A stretch of DNA of 64,000 bases from Candidatus Latescibacterota bacterium (GCA_965205975.1 OZ242195.1:416001-480000); one strand, 5' to 3'. Positions 40,524-51,115 are shown, numbered from the stretch's first letter. A program made the numbers and translations. The notes: generated by a model not told the origin, from the sequence alone.

Positions 40524-41834
40524 CTATCCACTTGTCCTACCAAAATTTGAGGTAAATATCAAAAAGTCGTTAAAATCTACGTCGCCATCCTGATCCAGAT
40601 CACCGATTAAACCGCTTGGCGTGCCACCATCTCCGGTCGGTCTTATTTCAGAAGACCATCGAAGGATCTGATTTTGTCCTCGGGTCTCTGCGACTCCGTT
40701 GCCCGTAGAATCTATATAAGCACGGAATTTGCCGCCTTCAATTCCCAATACACCGTTGCCCGCTTCATCGGCCGCCATAGCTGCAATGGGCCGTCCGGAG
40801 GCGTTGAGAATGCCCATTACACCGTGCCCGTTTTCATCGACCCCCAATACGGAAGTCAAAACGCCCTCTCTATTTGTCAACAGTACTGCTGCATCGCCAG
40901 CCTCATCAATTCCCAAATCAACTATTGAACCCGAGGCACTGACGGCACTGACTGAGCCATTGCCAACATCATCTACACCCAGAACGACCACGCCTGTGCC
41001 CGATTCAGATGCAGTGCCTATGATCATTCCAGCATTTCCAGTATCATCTGCACCGAGAAGCGCGAGCGAACCCGAGGTACTGATGGTACTCACCAGTCCA
41101 TTACCAGTTTCATCTAAGCCCAGAATGACCGCACCTGCGTCCGATTCGGAGTTACCGCTCACGAGTATCCCCGCATTTCCAGCCTGATCAGAACTGAGAG
41201 CTACAAAGCTCGAACCCGATGCATTTGATGAAGCTACCAAACCATTGCCAGCTTGATCTACGCCCATCCCCGCAACAGAGGCATTGTTTTCTATCACACT
41301 AATATCTCCGTTGCCAGCTTGGTCAACGGAGATAGCTGCAACTGCCGCACCCGCCGTGTTTCCTACGAGTAAAATGCCGTCTCCAGCGGGATCCGATCCG
41401 ATTATGGCGACGATCCCTCCCGCTGCATTTACAATCTGCAGTGTTCTTGTCTGTAGTGTTTGTACCCGCAACGTGTCGGATAAAATCTGCTGTAATCCTG
41501 CTTGCGCTTGTTTGCCCAATCTCGGTGTCTCATTCTGGCGCGAGAGAATATTATTGATAAATTCTGTCTTATCTCTATCTGGCCCAAGCCCTGGTGCCTG
41601 TATCCGGCGAGTCAGTATTTCTTCCCGATGCGACGCAATATTGCGAAAACCAGTATCACTTTCCACACTTACAGAGGTCAATTTGGGAGGGAGTAACCTG
41701 TGAAACCACTTTGACGTAAAAGCGGGCGATGTGTTGAAAAGAAATACGATGATCAATCCGATAATCGCCCGCATTTGCCAGCGTACTCTTCTTTCCAGTG
41801 TTTCTACTTTTTTTTCTACTATTCCCCTATCCAT
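40524..41834 (-). CDS. Hypothetical exported repeat protein with C-terminal dockerin/EF-hand-like motif
   Basis: N-terminal hydrophobic segment, about 11 DxxG(N/D)G repeats, terminal GDLDQDGDVDFNDFLIFTSNFG; AAGGAG RBS. Confidence 0.75.
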   Translation of the reverse strand: MDRGIVEKKVETLERRVRWQMRAIIGLIIVFLFNTSPAFTSKWFHRLLPPKLTSVSVESDTGFRNIASHREEILTRRIQAPGLGPDRDKTEFINNILSRQNETPRLGKQAQAGLQQILSDTLRVQTLQTRTLQIVNAAGGIVAIIGSDPAGDGILLVGNTAGAAVAAISVDQAGNGDISVIENNASVAGMGVDQAGNGLVASSNASGSSFVALSSDQAGNAGILVSGNSESDAGAVILGLDETGNGLVSTISTSGSLALLGADDTGNAGMIIGTASESGTGVVVLGVDDVGNGSVSAVSASGSIVDLGIDEAGDAAVLLTNREGVLTSVLGVDENGHGVMGILNASGRPIAAMAADEAGNGVLGIEGGKFRAYIDSTGNGVAETRGQNQILRWSSEIRPTGDGGTPSGLIGDLDQDGDVDFNDFLIFTSNFGRTSG

Positions 41835-42035
41835 TCTATCTCCTTGAATTGGTGATTGGTGTTGTTTGATTTGTTAATAAATATAAAGCAATTATTAAAC
41901 AATAATAACCCAAATTATCCGCGGCACTTGTTTTGACTTTGAGATAAGCACCCATAGGTTCCCCTTGCTTTGGTGAAATGAAACGGCTATTATGGACCAC
42001 CCTATAGCGAATGTAGAGAATGGAGGATTACTTTC

Positions 42036-43181
42036 ATGAAAATCGCCAAAATCGAACAATTCTTTCCCCGCCGGAGAATGCGTTTGATCAAAATTACGAC
42101 CGATACTGGTATTGTAGGGTGGGGGGAGACCACCCTTGAAGGCAAACCCAGGAGCACCTGGGCTGCCGTAGAAGAACTCGCGGATTATCTCATTGGGAAA
42201 GACCCTCTGCGGATTGAGCATCACTGGCAACACATTTACCGCTCCGCTTTTTATCGCGGGGGCAACGTGCTCATGACGGCTCTTTCGGGCATTGATCAGG
42301 CGCTTTGGGATATTGCGGGCAAATACTTCAATGTGCCGATCTATCAGCTTCTCGGTGGACCGGTGCGCGATCGCATTCGCGTTTATGCCCATTGGGGGAT
42401 TCGCGATAGTTCAGAACGCGCTTTGGATGCTGCGCGTGAGCGTCTCGAAATGCTTCAGAAAAAAGGGGGTTACAAAGCTTTTAAATCTGGACCCGGCGGC
42501 AAGTGGCGTGCCCATGAACCTCCTGAGGTGATCGACCGCTTTGTCAAATGTGCCTATACCATGCGAGAGTGGGTTGGCGATGACTGCGAACTCTGTTTTG
42601 ATTTTCACGGCAAGATGACACCCGCGCTCGCCGTGGAAATTTGCTACGAGATCAAAGGCATGCGGCCCATGTTTGTCGAAGAACCCGTGCCACAGGAAAA
42701 TGTCGATGCGCTCAAACACGTTTCCGATCATGTGCCCTTTCCCATTGCTACGGGCGAACGCCTGCTTTCGCGCTGGGAGTTTCGCACTGTTTTTGAAAAA
42801 AATGCCGTTGCCTATATCCAGCCCGATGGCTCGCATGCAGGCGGTATTTCCGAACTCAAACGCATTGCGAACATGGCCGAGGTGTATTACATGCACATCA
42901 TGCCGCATTGTGCTATTGGGCCAGTTGCGTTCTCGGCCTGTATGCAGGTTGATGCCGCTGTGCCCAATTTTCTCATTCAAGAGCAAGTTGATGCGGGTCT
43001 GGGTGAAGATCTTCTGCAAGATCCCTGGGTAGTCAAGGATGGACATATTGATTTGCCTATCAGGCCCGGCCTGGGCTTTGACCTTATTTCCACAGAAGCC
43101 GAACAAAATATCGGAGTGTACGAGGAAGAACTCGGCGGGGAATATTTTTACGAAATCGATGGCAGTGTTGCAGATTGGTAA
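42036..43181 (+). CDS. dgoD: Galactonate-dehydratase-like enolase superfamily protein
   Basis: GWGE..LEG, SGIDQALWDI, DFHG, FVEEP, ATGER, MPHC. Exact substrate uncertain. Confidence 0.75.
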   Translation: MKIAKIEQFFPRRRMRLIKITTDTGIVGWGETTLEGKPRSTWAAVEELADYLIGKDPLRIEHHWQHIYRSAFYRGGNVLMTALSGIDQALWDIAGKYFNVPIYQLLGGPVRDRIRVYAHWGIRDSSERALDAARERLEMLQKKGGYKAFKSGPGGKWRAHEPPEVIDRFVKCAYTMREWVGDDCELCFDFHGKMTPALAVEICYEIKGMRPMFVEEPVPQENVDALKHVSDHVPFPIATGERLLSRWEFRTVFEKNAVAYIQPDGSHAGGISELKRIANMAEVYYMHIMPHCAIGPVAFSACMQVDAAVPNFLIQEQVDAGLGEDLLQDPWVVKDGHIDLPIRPGLGFDLISTEAEQNIGVYEEELGGEYFYEIDGSVADW

Positions 43182-43184
43182 TAT

Positions 43185-44105
43185 ATGAACGAAATAACAG
43201 AACAACCCGACAAAATGGGCAAGGCGTTTCTCGATCTCGTCAATTTGGGCGAAACGCGCTGGACAAGATATATTTTAACGCTGTTGATCATTATTGCTAC
43301 CTGGACTTTGGGCAGTGGCACAGTCCTGCTTGCTGTTTATGGCCCTGAACCCGAAGGTGCTCCCATGGATGGCACAAGTCCTTTTCTGGATTTTATTGCT
43401 CTCAACTTGCTCTTTGTCACGGTGCTGATCGGTCTGTGGATTGGCATTTGCAACGCACATAAGCGCTCTTTACTCACGCTTATTACGCCACGCGATCACA
43501 TTCGCTGGGGCCGCATATTGCAGGGCTTTGGTTTGCAGATGGGCCTGGGTATTATTTTCGCAGCTATTGATGCTCTGCTTTTTCCCGATAACTACACTTA
43601 TACCCTGGACCCAGAACGCTTTTACAAATTTGCCCTTCTCGTCCTGCTCCTTACTCCTTTTCAGACCACCACCGAAGAGCTTCTCACGCGCAGTTATTTT
43701 TTGCAAATGCTCGGTCACTTCGCGCGCCATCCGATTGTCCTCATTATTCTCAATGCGCTGCCCTTTGCTCTATTTCATTTGATGAATCCCGAGATCGCGG
43801 CGTATGGCGTAGCGCCCATGTTGATTTCCTACTTTGTCGTCGGTGCATTTCTCGCCCTCGTCACGCTCAAAGACAATGGTGCAGAACTCGCTATTGGCAT
43901 TCATGCCGCGAATAACATGTTTGCAGCGGTCCTCGTCAATTACGAAGGCTCCGCGCTATCTACCAATGCCATCTTTACGATAAATGAGGTCAATGTTTGG
44001 TCCGGTACGGTTGCCTACATCGTCTCCGCAGCCATTATGTATTGGATATTATTCCGAGAACACAAATCTGAATCGGTGATCCGTACCTCGGTAGATTTGA
44101 GATGA
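43185..44105 (+). CDS. CPBP (CAAX/Abi) family intramembrane glutamic endopeptidase
   Basis: EELLTR, FALFH, AIGIHAANN motifs; polytopic. Confidence 0.85.
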   Translation: MNEITEQPDKMGKAFLDLVNLGETRWTRYILTLLIIIATWTLGSGTVLLAVYGPEPEGAPMDGTSPFLDFIALNLLFVTVLIGLWIGICNAHKRSLLTLITPRDHIRWGRILQGFGLQMGLGIIFAAIDALLFPDNYTYTLDPERFYKFALLVLLLTPFQTTTEELLTRSYFLQMLGHFARHPIVLIILNALPFALFHLMNPEIAAYGVAPMLISYFVVGAFLALVTLKDNGAELAIGIHAANNMFAAVLVNYEGSALSTNAIFTINEVNVWSGTVAYIVSAAIMYWILFREHKSESVIRTSVDLR

Positions 44106-44117
44106 AAGAGAGGCACT

Positions 44118-45464
44118 ATGGCAAATTCAATAGAAATCGGTATCGCACGTTCTGACATTACCCCTGCGGTGGGCATTCCCATGGTCGGTTTTGCGGGACG
44201 AGGACCTTCGACGCGTATAAACGACCCGTTATATGCCACGGCTATGGCTGTTTCCTGCGCAGGAGAGCAGGCCGTATTAATCGCTTTAGATCTCCTTCAG
44301 TTTAAGGCGGAAACGGTCGCTGAGTTTCGCACACTCATCCAGGCAGCATCGGGAATTCCTTCTGATCGGATTACTCTGGCATGCAGCCATACTCATTACG
44401 GGCCTGATGTCGATCGCGCAGGTAAGCAATCCTCGTCGTCGGGTCCGGGACCGGCTGAAGCCTCCGAGTTGGTTGATGCCTATCGGACTCATCTCGGTTT
44501 CAAACTATCGGGCCTGGTACAGGAGGCACAGCAAAATTTGAAGCCAGCGCGAATGGGTATCGGGTGGGGCAGTTCCGATATCGGTATCAATCGCAGGGAG
44601 AAGACCCCTGATGGGCGGATCATTCTCGGCAACAACTACGATGGACCTGTTGACCGCGAGGTCGGCGTGGCGCGGATTGAAGATGTAGAGGGTAATCCCA
44701 TCGCCTGCCTGGTCAATTTTGCGACGCATCCCGTTGCACAGACTTCTCAGCAACGCGCTATTTCCGCCGGGTTTCCGGGAAAGATGGCTCAGGTGGTAGA
44801 AGGTCTTACGGGCGCGTATTGTCTCTTTCTACAGGGGGCAGCTGGAAATATCAATCCGGCTTTGGGATTCCGCCGGCCGGATCATCGGCCCGAGGATCTT
44901 CACAAACCAGCGGATAGTCTGGGCATTCGGCTGGGCTGCGAAGTGGTGCGCGTGTGGGAAACCATCAGCGTTGGTGAGTCTCAAGGTTTGAATCTCGCTT
45001 CAAAGACCATAAGCCTGCCGCGCTACATGTACGGCGACTTAGAAAGCGCGAAACAACTCGATGGAGAATTTGCCCAGGAATTAGAGTCGAGAAATCTTTC
45101 CGATGGACGGCGACATTGGGCCGCGCTCAGGCAAAGTCGGGTGCAGGAAGCGATTGGTAGCTATGAGACAGGGGTTCCTCTCGATCCCGTTGAGGCAGAA
45201 TTGCAGGCCTGGCGAATTGGTGATCTCGCCTTTGTGACTGCACCTGCGGAGATTTTTACCGAAAATGGCACGCTTGTGAAAAATCAATCGCCTTTCGATC
45301 ACACTTTCTTCGTGGGCTATACCAATGGCTCCATCGGGTATGTTCCCACTGTGAAAGCCTATCCAGAAGGGGGCTACGAAGTCACCCACGCCTGCCAGGT
45401 CGATCCCGAGGCGGGCGGTATGGTCAATCAAGCCTGTCTCAACTTACTCGAACAAGTGGCGTAA
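44118..45464 (+). CDS. Neutral/alkaline ceramidase-like hydrolase
   Basis: DITP..G.PM.GF, SHTHYGP, NRR, NFATHP, QGAAGNINP, GYVPT...GGYE. Confidence 0.7.
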   Translation: MANSIEIGIARSDITPAVGIPMVGFAGRGPSTRINDPLYATAMAVSCAGEQAVLIALDLLQFKAETVAEFRTLIQAASGIPSDRITLACSHTHYGPDVDRAGKQSSSSGPGPAEASELVDAYRTHLGFKLSGLVQEAQQNLKPARMGIGWGSSDIGINRREKTPDGRIILGNNYDGPVDREVGVARIEDVEGNPIACLVNFATHPVAQTSQQRAISAGFPGKMAQVVEGLTGAYCLFLQGAAGNINPALGFRRPDHRPEDLHKPADSLGIRLGCEVVRVWETISVGESQGLNLASKTISLPRYMYGDLESAKQLDGEFAQELESRNLSDGRRHWAALRQSRVQEAIGSYETGVPLDPVEAELQAWRIGDLAFVTAPAEIFTENGTLVKNQSPFDHTFFVGYTNGSIGYVPTVKAYPEGGYEVTHACQVDPEAGGMVNQACLNLLEQVA

Positions 45465-45552
45465 GCGTTCGCGATACTTGCCCAGATGTGGCGTATAGAG
45501 TGCCACACCTTACCGATAAATGGATGGTTGAGGCTTTTCACCCTGCCCTATT

Positions 45553-46389
45553 ATGCACTGGCTCTTTTTTTCTATTATCCTCGACTTCGGTTTTGTCCAG
45601 CTTTTCAAGCTCGGACAAAGACGCGGCTGTTACGCGCCAGTGGTTGTTTCTGTAAATTATCTCGTCCTATCCCTCGCAATTGCCATTTATCTTTTTGTTG
45701 CCGATGCGTGGACATTTCCCTCTCTTGCCCTTTACACGGGGTTGGGAACTGGTACGGTTTTTATCAGTTCCATGTTGCTGATGAATCACGCGCTTACTCT
45801 CGCGCCCATCGGTTCTGTTGTTACGGCTTTCAGAATGTCCATTGTCATGCCTATTGTGCTGGGTATTTACCTCTGGGGCGAATCCATGGCCTCAACGCAG
45901 TTTGTGGGGCTGCTTCTCGCGCTCAGTGCGCTGGCACTTATGACTTCTCATCCGGGCAGAACCGCGCAGATCAGAGGAATAAAAGCATTTGGTTTGCTCA
46001 TCGCGGTTTGTTTCTGTCAGGGCATAAGCCATACGTGCTTGCGATCTGTACACTACAATGGTCTCGATCCCGTCTATTTACATGTCTTGATGTTCATCGG
46101 AGCAACCGCTGGACTGATAGGTGGTGTTGTCATTGCCCTGAAAAAACACCGACCACAAGGACCTGCGGTCAAACTCGGCATTTTTATTGGTCTTTACAAT
46201 GTTCTGGCGCTTTGTGTCATTATGACCGCATTAAGTAAGTTGCCGGGCACGCTTTTTTTTCCGACATTGGGATGTAGTGTTGTTGTGCTGGATAATCTCT
46301 TTGCCCATTTCTACTGGAAAGAACGCCTCGCCCGACCCGCTATTGCCGGTGTGGGGATCGCTGTTCTTGCCGTTCTTCTGGTTTTGTGA
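45553..46389 (+). CDS. DMT/EamA superfamily transporter
   Basis: About 10 TM segments in two halves; LWGE and YWKERL ends. Confidence 0.75.
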   Translation: MHWLFFSIILDFGFVQLFKLGQRRGCYAPVVVSVNYLVLSLAIAIYLFVADAWTFPSLALYTGLGTGTVFISSMLLMNHALTLAPIGSVVTAFRMSIVMPIVLGIYLWGESMASTQFVGLLLALSALALMTSHPGRTAQIRGIKAFGLLIAVCFCQGISHTCLRSVHYNGLDPVYLHVLMFIGATAGLIGGVVIALKKHRPQGPAVKLGIFIGLYNVLALCVIMTALSKLPGTLFFPTLGCSVVVLDNLFAHFYWKERLARPAIAGVGIAVLAVLLVL

Positions 46390-46402
46390 AAAGGAGCTTT
46401 CT

Positions 46403-47740
46403 ATGAGCCGACCCAATATTGTTTTTGTATTCGCCGATGACTGGGGTTGGGGCGATTTGAGTTGTTATGGACATCCTCATGCCAAAACGCCAAATCTGGA
46501 TCGCCTCGCCGCACAGGGGACCCTTTTTTCTCAGTTCTACGTTTGCTCCGGGGTTTGCTCTCCAAGCCGCGCCGCTGTTATGACCGGGCGTTTTCCTGCG
46601 CACTGGGGCATACACGGGCATTTTGCACAGCACGCGCAAAACGCGGCACGGGGTATGCCCAATTTTCTCGATCCCAATGCAGTGACGGTTACTGGTCTTT
46701 TACAACAAAGCGGGTACGCAGTGGGACACTTTGGCAAGTGGCATCTCGGTAGCGGCGCGGGCGTGCCCGCGCCGTATGATTACGGTATTGACGAGAGTAA
46801 AGTCAATGTGGGCAATGGCCCGTTGCTCAATTTTACCGATTTGCAGACTGGCGAGGGCCGCAGCCGCTCTACAGAGGTGATTATTGACGAAACCATTGGT
46901 TTTATTGAGCGCAATAAAGACGAGCCTTTTTTTATTCAGGCATGGCTCAATGATACCCACGCGATTCTCGATCCGACTGAAGAGCAGATGGAGCCCTACA
47001 AGCAATTCACTGCGAATGGCCTGGAGGACAAACACAAGGGCGCGTTGCGGATTTACTACTCAGTCGTCACCGATGTAGATCGCCACATTGGCCGCCTGAT
47101 GAATAAACTCGACGAATTGAATTTGGGCGATAATACCATCGTGATTTTTTCTGCGGACAACGGTCCCGAAGATATCCACGTTCGCAATGCCACGCACAGC
47201 GGCGTCGGTTCTTCTGGTCCTTTTCGCGGTCGCAAACGCAGTCTCTATGAAGGCGGTGTGCGTACGCCTTTTATTATTCGCTGGCCCACTGGCGTTTCTG
47301 CCGGGCGGATTGATAATGATACGTCGCTTTGTGCAGTTGATCTTCTGCCCACTTTTTGCAATCTGGCTGATGTTGATATCGATGGCTTAGTGCTCGATGG
47401 GGAAGATATGACCGATGCGCTATGCGGTCGCAGTACTGAAAGAAAAAAACCGCTTATGTGGGAATGGCGTTTCAATATTGCCGGTCACTGTTTGCATAAA
47501 AGCCCCATGCTTTCCATTCGAGAAGGCGATTGGAAATTGCTTTTGAATCCCGATCGCAGCCGCGTCGAGCTTTTCAATATTCCACGAGATCCGATGGAAC
47601 TCAATAATCGCTCAGAATATATGCCAGAGCGCGTCGCGGAAATGGCTGATCGGGTACTCGCCTGGCAGGATACTCTGCCCGAAGGCCCGATTGATGCCAA
47701 TGCGGGGTCGAATGCGTATCCCTGGCCCGGTACGTTTTAG
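46403..47740 (+). CDS. Sulfatase (Cys-type, formylglycine dependent), no signal peptide
   Basis: RPNIVFVFADD, CSPSR, GKWHLG, DNG; AGGAG RBS before ATG 46403. Confidence 0.95.
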   Translation: MSRPNIVFVFADDWGWGDLSCYGHPHAKTPNLDRLAAQGTLFSQFYVCSGVCSPSRAAVMTGRFPAHWGIHGHFAQHAQNAARGMPNFLDPNAVTVTGLLQQSGYAVGHFGKWHLGSGAGVPAPYDYGIDESKVNVGNGPLLNFTDLQTGEGRSRSTEVIIDETIGFIERNKDEPFFIQAWLNDTHAILDPTEEQMEPYKQFTANGLEDKHKGALRIYYSVVTDVDRHIGRLMNKLDELNLGDNTIVIFSADNGPEDIHVRNATHSGVGSSGPFRGRKRSLYEGGVRTPFIIRWPTGVSAGRIDNDTSLCAVDLLPTFCNLADVDIDGLVLDGEDMTDALCGRSTERKKPLMWEWRFNIAGHCLHKSPMLSIREGDWKLLLNPDRSRVELFNIPRDPMELNNRSEYMPERVAEMADRVLAWQDTLPEGPIDANAGSNAYPWPGTF

Positions 47741-47742
47741 AT

Positions 47743-48144
47743 ATGGATGCACGTCAAACTGTACACGCCTATTTTGACGCGCTTACTGCGGGAGATGCCC
47801 GACGGTTGATCGGTCTTATGTCTCGTGCGCCCTATTATGTCAAAATAGGTACAGATGAAGACGAATATATCCAGGGTGGTGAAAATATGCCCGGGTACTA
47901 TCGTCACCATGTGGATAGTACAGAGGATTTCGCCATTACATGCGATTATCTCGATGTTCAAGAGCGCGAGGCAGTTGCATGGTTTTACACACGTCAGATC
48001 TGGAATCTCAAATGGCAGGGCAAACGCGAACAATTGGCTATGCGTTTGACGGGTGTTCTCGAAAAAGAAAAAGATCAGTGGAAATTTGTCCAGGTCCACG
48101 CTTCACTCGGCGTACCTGAATCAGGAGATATACACGATGGATGA
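47743..48144 (+). CDS. SnoaL/NTF2-like protein
   Basis: 133 aa; IGTD..E, RLTGVL, WKFVQVHAS. Confidence 0.8.
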   Translation: MDARQTVHAYFDALTAGDARRLIGLMSRAPYYVKIGTDEDEYIQGGENMPGYYRHHVDSTEDFAITCDYLDVQEREAVAWFYTRQIWNLKWQGKREQLAMRLTGVLEKEKDQWKFVQVHASLGVPESGDIHDG

Positions 48145-49360
48145 ACTCGCCATTAACGGTGGAGAAAAGGCCAAAATCGTTCCGTATAATCAACCGAATA
48201 AATACACTGATGAAGAGCGCGAATTGTTGCTCGAAGTTCTCGATTCGGGTAAACTGATGGGTCCGGGTGGGAAAGTCGCGGATTTTGAAGTCGAAGTGTG
48301 TCGCGCATTCGATGTCAAACACGCGATTATGGTGACATCTGGCACGGTTGCACTGCAAACGGCTCTTGCCGCGCTGGGGGTGTCTGAAGGCGATGAGGTT
48401 ATTACTACGCCTATGACGGATTTTGGTACGACTGCAGCCATTCTCGCGCTGCACGCCATCCCGATTTTTTCTGATATCGATTTGTCAACCCGCCTGCTCG
48501 ATCCTCAAAAGGTGCGCGAAAAAATTACAGATAAGACCAGGGTTATTATTACTGTTCATATGGCCGGTATGCCCTGTGAGATGGATGCGTTTATGGACAT
48601 CAGCAGGGAAACTGGGATCAAAATTCTCGAGGATTGCGCGCAGGCACACGGCGCGACTTATCGCGGTCACTTCGTCGGCGCTATTGGACACGCCGCAGGA
48701 TTTTCCATGAATGAATCCAAGCAGATTTCCACTGGCGATGGCGGTTTTGTCACGACCAATGACGATGAGACCGCTGAGATCGCCCGTCTTTTCCGCGACA
48801 AAACCTATTTGCGGGGTCAGAAACTCGAACGCGGTGTGCAACCCATTCCTTTTTTTGGTACTAATTTGCGTCCAACCTGCTTGCAAGCCGCTGTCGCTAT
48901 TGCCCAACTCCACAAGCTCGAGTACCTCGTTGCCCGCCGCGACCAGATTGTTCGGCGATACTATGCCGAGCTCGGGGATCTGCCCCATCTCGATTTTCCG
49001 AAAATTGCCGATGATGCCCACCCGTCGTGGTGGCCGCTTGCCATTCGCTATACGGGTAGCACGCCAACGCGGGATGAACTCGTCGATATTTTTCGCGCCG
49101 AGGGCGTTTCCATCAATACGAGTATGTCCGCAGTGAAAAATATTCTCCGCACGGAAGTCATTCAAAAACGCAAGTACTATCCTTTAACGGACGATATTCC
49201 GATATTCTGGCAAAATACTGCGTACAATCCCGATGACTGCCCCAATGTCGATACCCTGCAAGCCACCTGCCTGCGCCTTCCAGTGAATGAACGCTATACC
49301 GACGAGGATATCGATCAGACAATCGCGGCGGTGAAGAAGGTCTGGGCGCACTATTTTTAG
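48137..49360 (+). CDS. DegT/DnrJ/EryC1/StrS family PLP aminotransferase
   Basis: LAINGG, SGTVAL, EDCAQAHG, FSMNESKQISTGDGG (catalytic Lys). Confidence 0.9.
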   Translation: MDELAINGGEKAKIVPYNQPNKYTDEERELLLEVLDSGKLMGPGGKVADFEVEVCRAFDVKHAIMVTSGTVALQTALAALGVSEGDEVITTPMTDFGTTAAILALHAIPIFSDIDLSTRLLDPQKVREKITDKTRVIITVHMAGMPCEMDAFMDISRETGIKILEDCAQAHGATYRGHFVGAIGHAAGFSMNESKQISTGDGGFVTTNDDETAEIARLFRDKTYLRGQKLERGVQPIPFFGTNLRPTCLQAAVAIAQLHKLEYLVARRDQIVRRYYAELGDLPHLDFPKIADDAHPSWWPLAIRYTGSTPTRDELVDIFRAEGVSINTSMSAVKNILRTEVIQKRKYYPLTDDIPIFWQNTAYNPDDCPNVDTLQATCLRLPVNERYTDEDIDQTIAAVKKVWAHYF

Positions 49361-49452
49361 TGATATAGTGCGCGTTGTTTGTTGTCTTGAGCGATCATTC
49401 AGAACTGAGTAAATTGCCCATCGCAAATCCACAATAACTGGTAAAGCTAATC

Positions 49453-50274
49453 ATGATCTTAGATATCGAATCCGGCATTCGCCGTCCTAAAATTGACATG
49501 CATTGCCATGTCTGGCTTATGGATGGGTGGGAGCAGTCCGCTGATCATCTCGTCGCTTCGGGCGACATGCTCGGTATTACCGAATACTGGTGTTCCTCCG
49601 TTATCCAACAGGGCATTCTGGCACCTGTTGAGGATGTGTATCCTCACAATGATACTATTCTGAGTGCAATGGCGCGCCATCCCAAACGCGTTCGCGGCTG
49701 GTGTTTTGTCATTCCCGGGCATTTTCAAGGTGCTATAGACGAAGCCGAGCGCTGTCTCGATGCGGGCATGATTGGCATTAAGCTCTACAATCAGTACCGC
49801 ATCGACGATCCTGTCTTACACCCCATTCTCGAATTGGCGAGCGAACGGCGTGTGCCCATTCTTCAGCACGCCGGATACCCCGTTCCCGAACACCGCGCAA
49901 GCCAGCCGCTCATTTCACACGGTATTCATTTTAGCGAGGCCAGCGAAAAATATCCCGATGCGATTCTCATTCACGCCCATATCGGGGGTGGAGGTGATTG
50001 GGAACACACGGTGCGCGAAATGCGCCAGGCGTCCCCCAATGTTTATGTCGATGTGTCGGGTAGCAATCTGGACGATGGACAGGTCGAATACGCGGTTTCC
50101 GAACTCGGCGTCGAGCGCGTGCTTTTTGGCACCGATGGCACGATGGCTGGCTCGGTGGGCAAAGTTCTCGATGCAGATCTCACAGAGGACGAACGCGAAC
50201 ACATTTTTTGGACCAATGCCGAGCGCATTCTCGCGCAACAGGGGGCTACGCCCACAGAACCTCGTACCAGTTAA
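49453..50274 (+). CDS. Amidohydrolase family protein
   Basis: IDMHCH, GIKL, LQH, AHIGGG, LFGTD. Confidence 0.85.
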   Translation: MILDIESGIRRPKIDMHCHVWLMDGWEQSADHLVASGDMLGITEYWCSSVIQQGILAPVEDVYPHNDTILSAMARHPKRVRGWCFVIPGHFQGAIDEAERCLDAGMIGIKLYNQYRIDDPVLHPILELASERRVPILQHAGYPVPEHRASQPLISHGIHFSEASEKYPDAILIHAHIGGGGDWEHTVREMRQASPNVYVDVSGSNLDDGQVEYAVSELGVERVLFGTDGTMAGSVGKVLDADLTEDEREHIFWTNAERILAQQGATPTEPRTS

Positions 50275-50291
50275 AGAAAGAAAACAAAAAA

Positions 50292-51089
50292 ATGCTCATA
50301 GATGTAAATGCCTGGCTCGGTACATGGCCTTTTCGCTCTCTGCGAGACAATACACCCGATGCGCTTATCACACGCCTCGACAGGTCGGGTATTGACAAAG
50401 CGGTTGTCTCTTATATCGAAGCCGCATTTCACAGACATCCGCAATCGGCGAATGAACGGCTCGCCCGCGATGTTGAATCGCATGGTGATCGCCTTATTCC
50501 AGTGGGTACAATTAATCCTCTGTCGCCGCATTGGGGAGATGATTTGACGTCTTGTATTGATCTCGGTATGAGGGGGATTCGCCTTTTTCCGCAATATCAC
50601 AATTACCAGACCGATGGTGCTGAGAGCCGAAGCGTCGTTCAAGCCTGCGCTCAGTGCAATCTTCCGGTTTTTATCCCGCATAGACTCGAAGATGTTCGGC
50701 AGCATCACTGGATGGATCCGGGACAGAGTGTTGACCTGGCACAACTCGCCAATCTGGTCGCTGCTGTACCCGATGCCGCGATTATTATTCCCAATGCCCG
50801 TCCGCTCGCGCGGTCACCGCTCTGGACGCGAGAGGACCTGCGCGATTTGAACTGGTACGTCGATCTTTCACTGGCCGAAATTCACTATGGTCTGCACAAA
50901 AATACCAATGCGATGAAGGATCTGGGATATTTGATTGAGGAAGGCGGTGCGAATCATATTCTTTTTGGTACGCACTTGCCCATCTCCTATGCTGGTCCAG
51001 CTCTTGTCAAACTCGCTATTCTGCCCGTCGATGAAGAGGCGCTCGAAGATATTAAATACCGCACGGCTGCTAAACTTCTGAATCTTTAG
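50292..51089 (+). CDS. Amidohydrolase-fold protein with degenerate metal ligands
   Basis: IDVNAWLG (no HxH), GIRLFP, LFGTH instead of FGTD. Confidence 0.75.
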   Translation: MLIDVNAWLGTWPFRSLRDNTPDALITRLDRSGIDKAVVSYIEAAFHRHPQSANERLARDVESHGDRLIPVGTINPLSPHWGDDLTSCIDLGMRGIRLFPQYHNYQTDGAESRSVVQACAQCNLPVFIPHRLEDVRQHHWMDPGQSVDLAQLANLVAAVPDAAIIIPNARPLARSPLWTREDLRDLNWYVDLSLAEIHYGLHKNTNAMKDLGYLIEEGGANHILFGTHLPISYAGPALVKLAILPVDEEALEDIKYRTAAKLLNL

Positions 51090-51115
51090 ATAGTACCATC
51101 AAAATAGTGCAAACA

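Noticed and set aside
40524..40620. Cellulosome component
   Set aside because: Only one dockerin-like half motif; no cohesin or glycoside hydrolase in the window.
41860..41910. AT-rich imperfect inverted repeat (TTGTTAATAA...TTATTAAACAA) as an operator
   Set aside because: Low complexity, single occurrence and no cognate regulator; could be chance.
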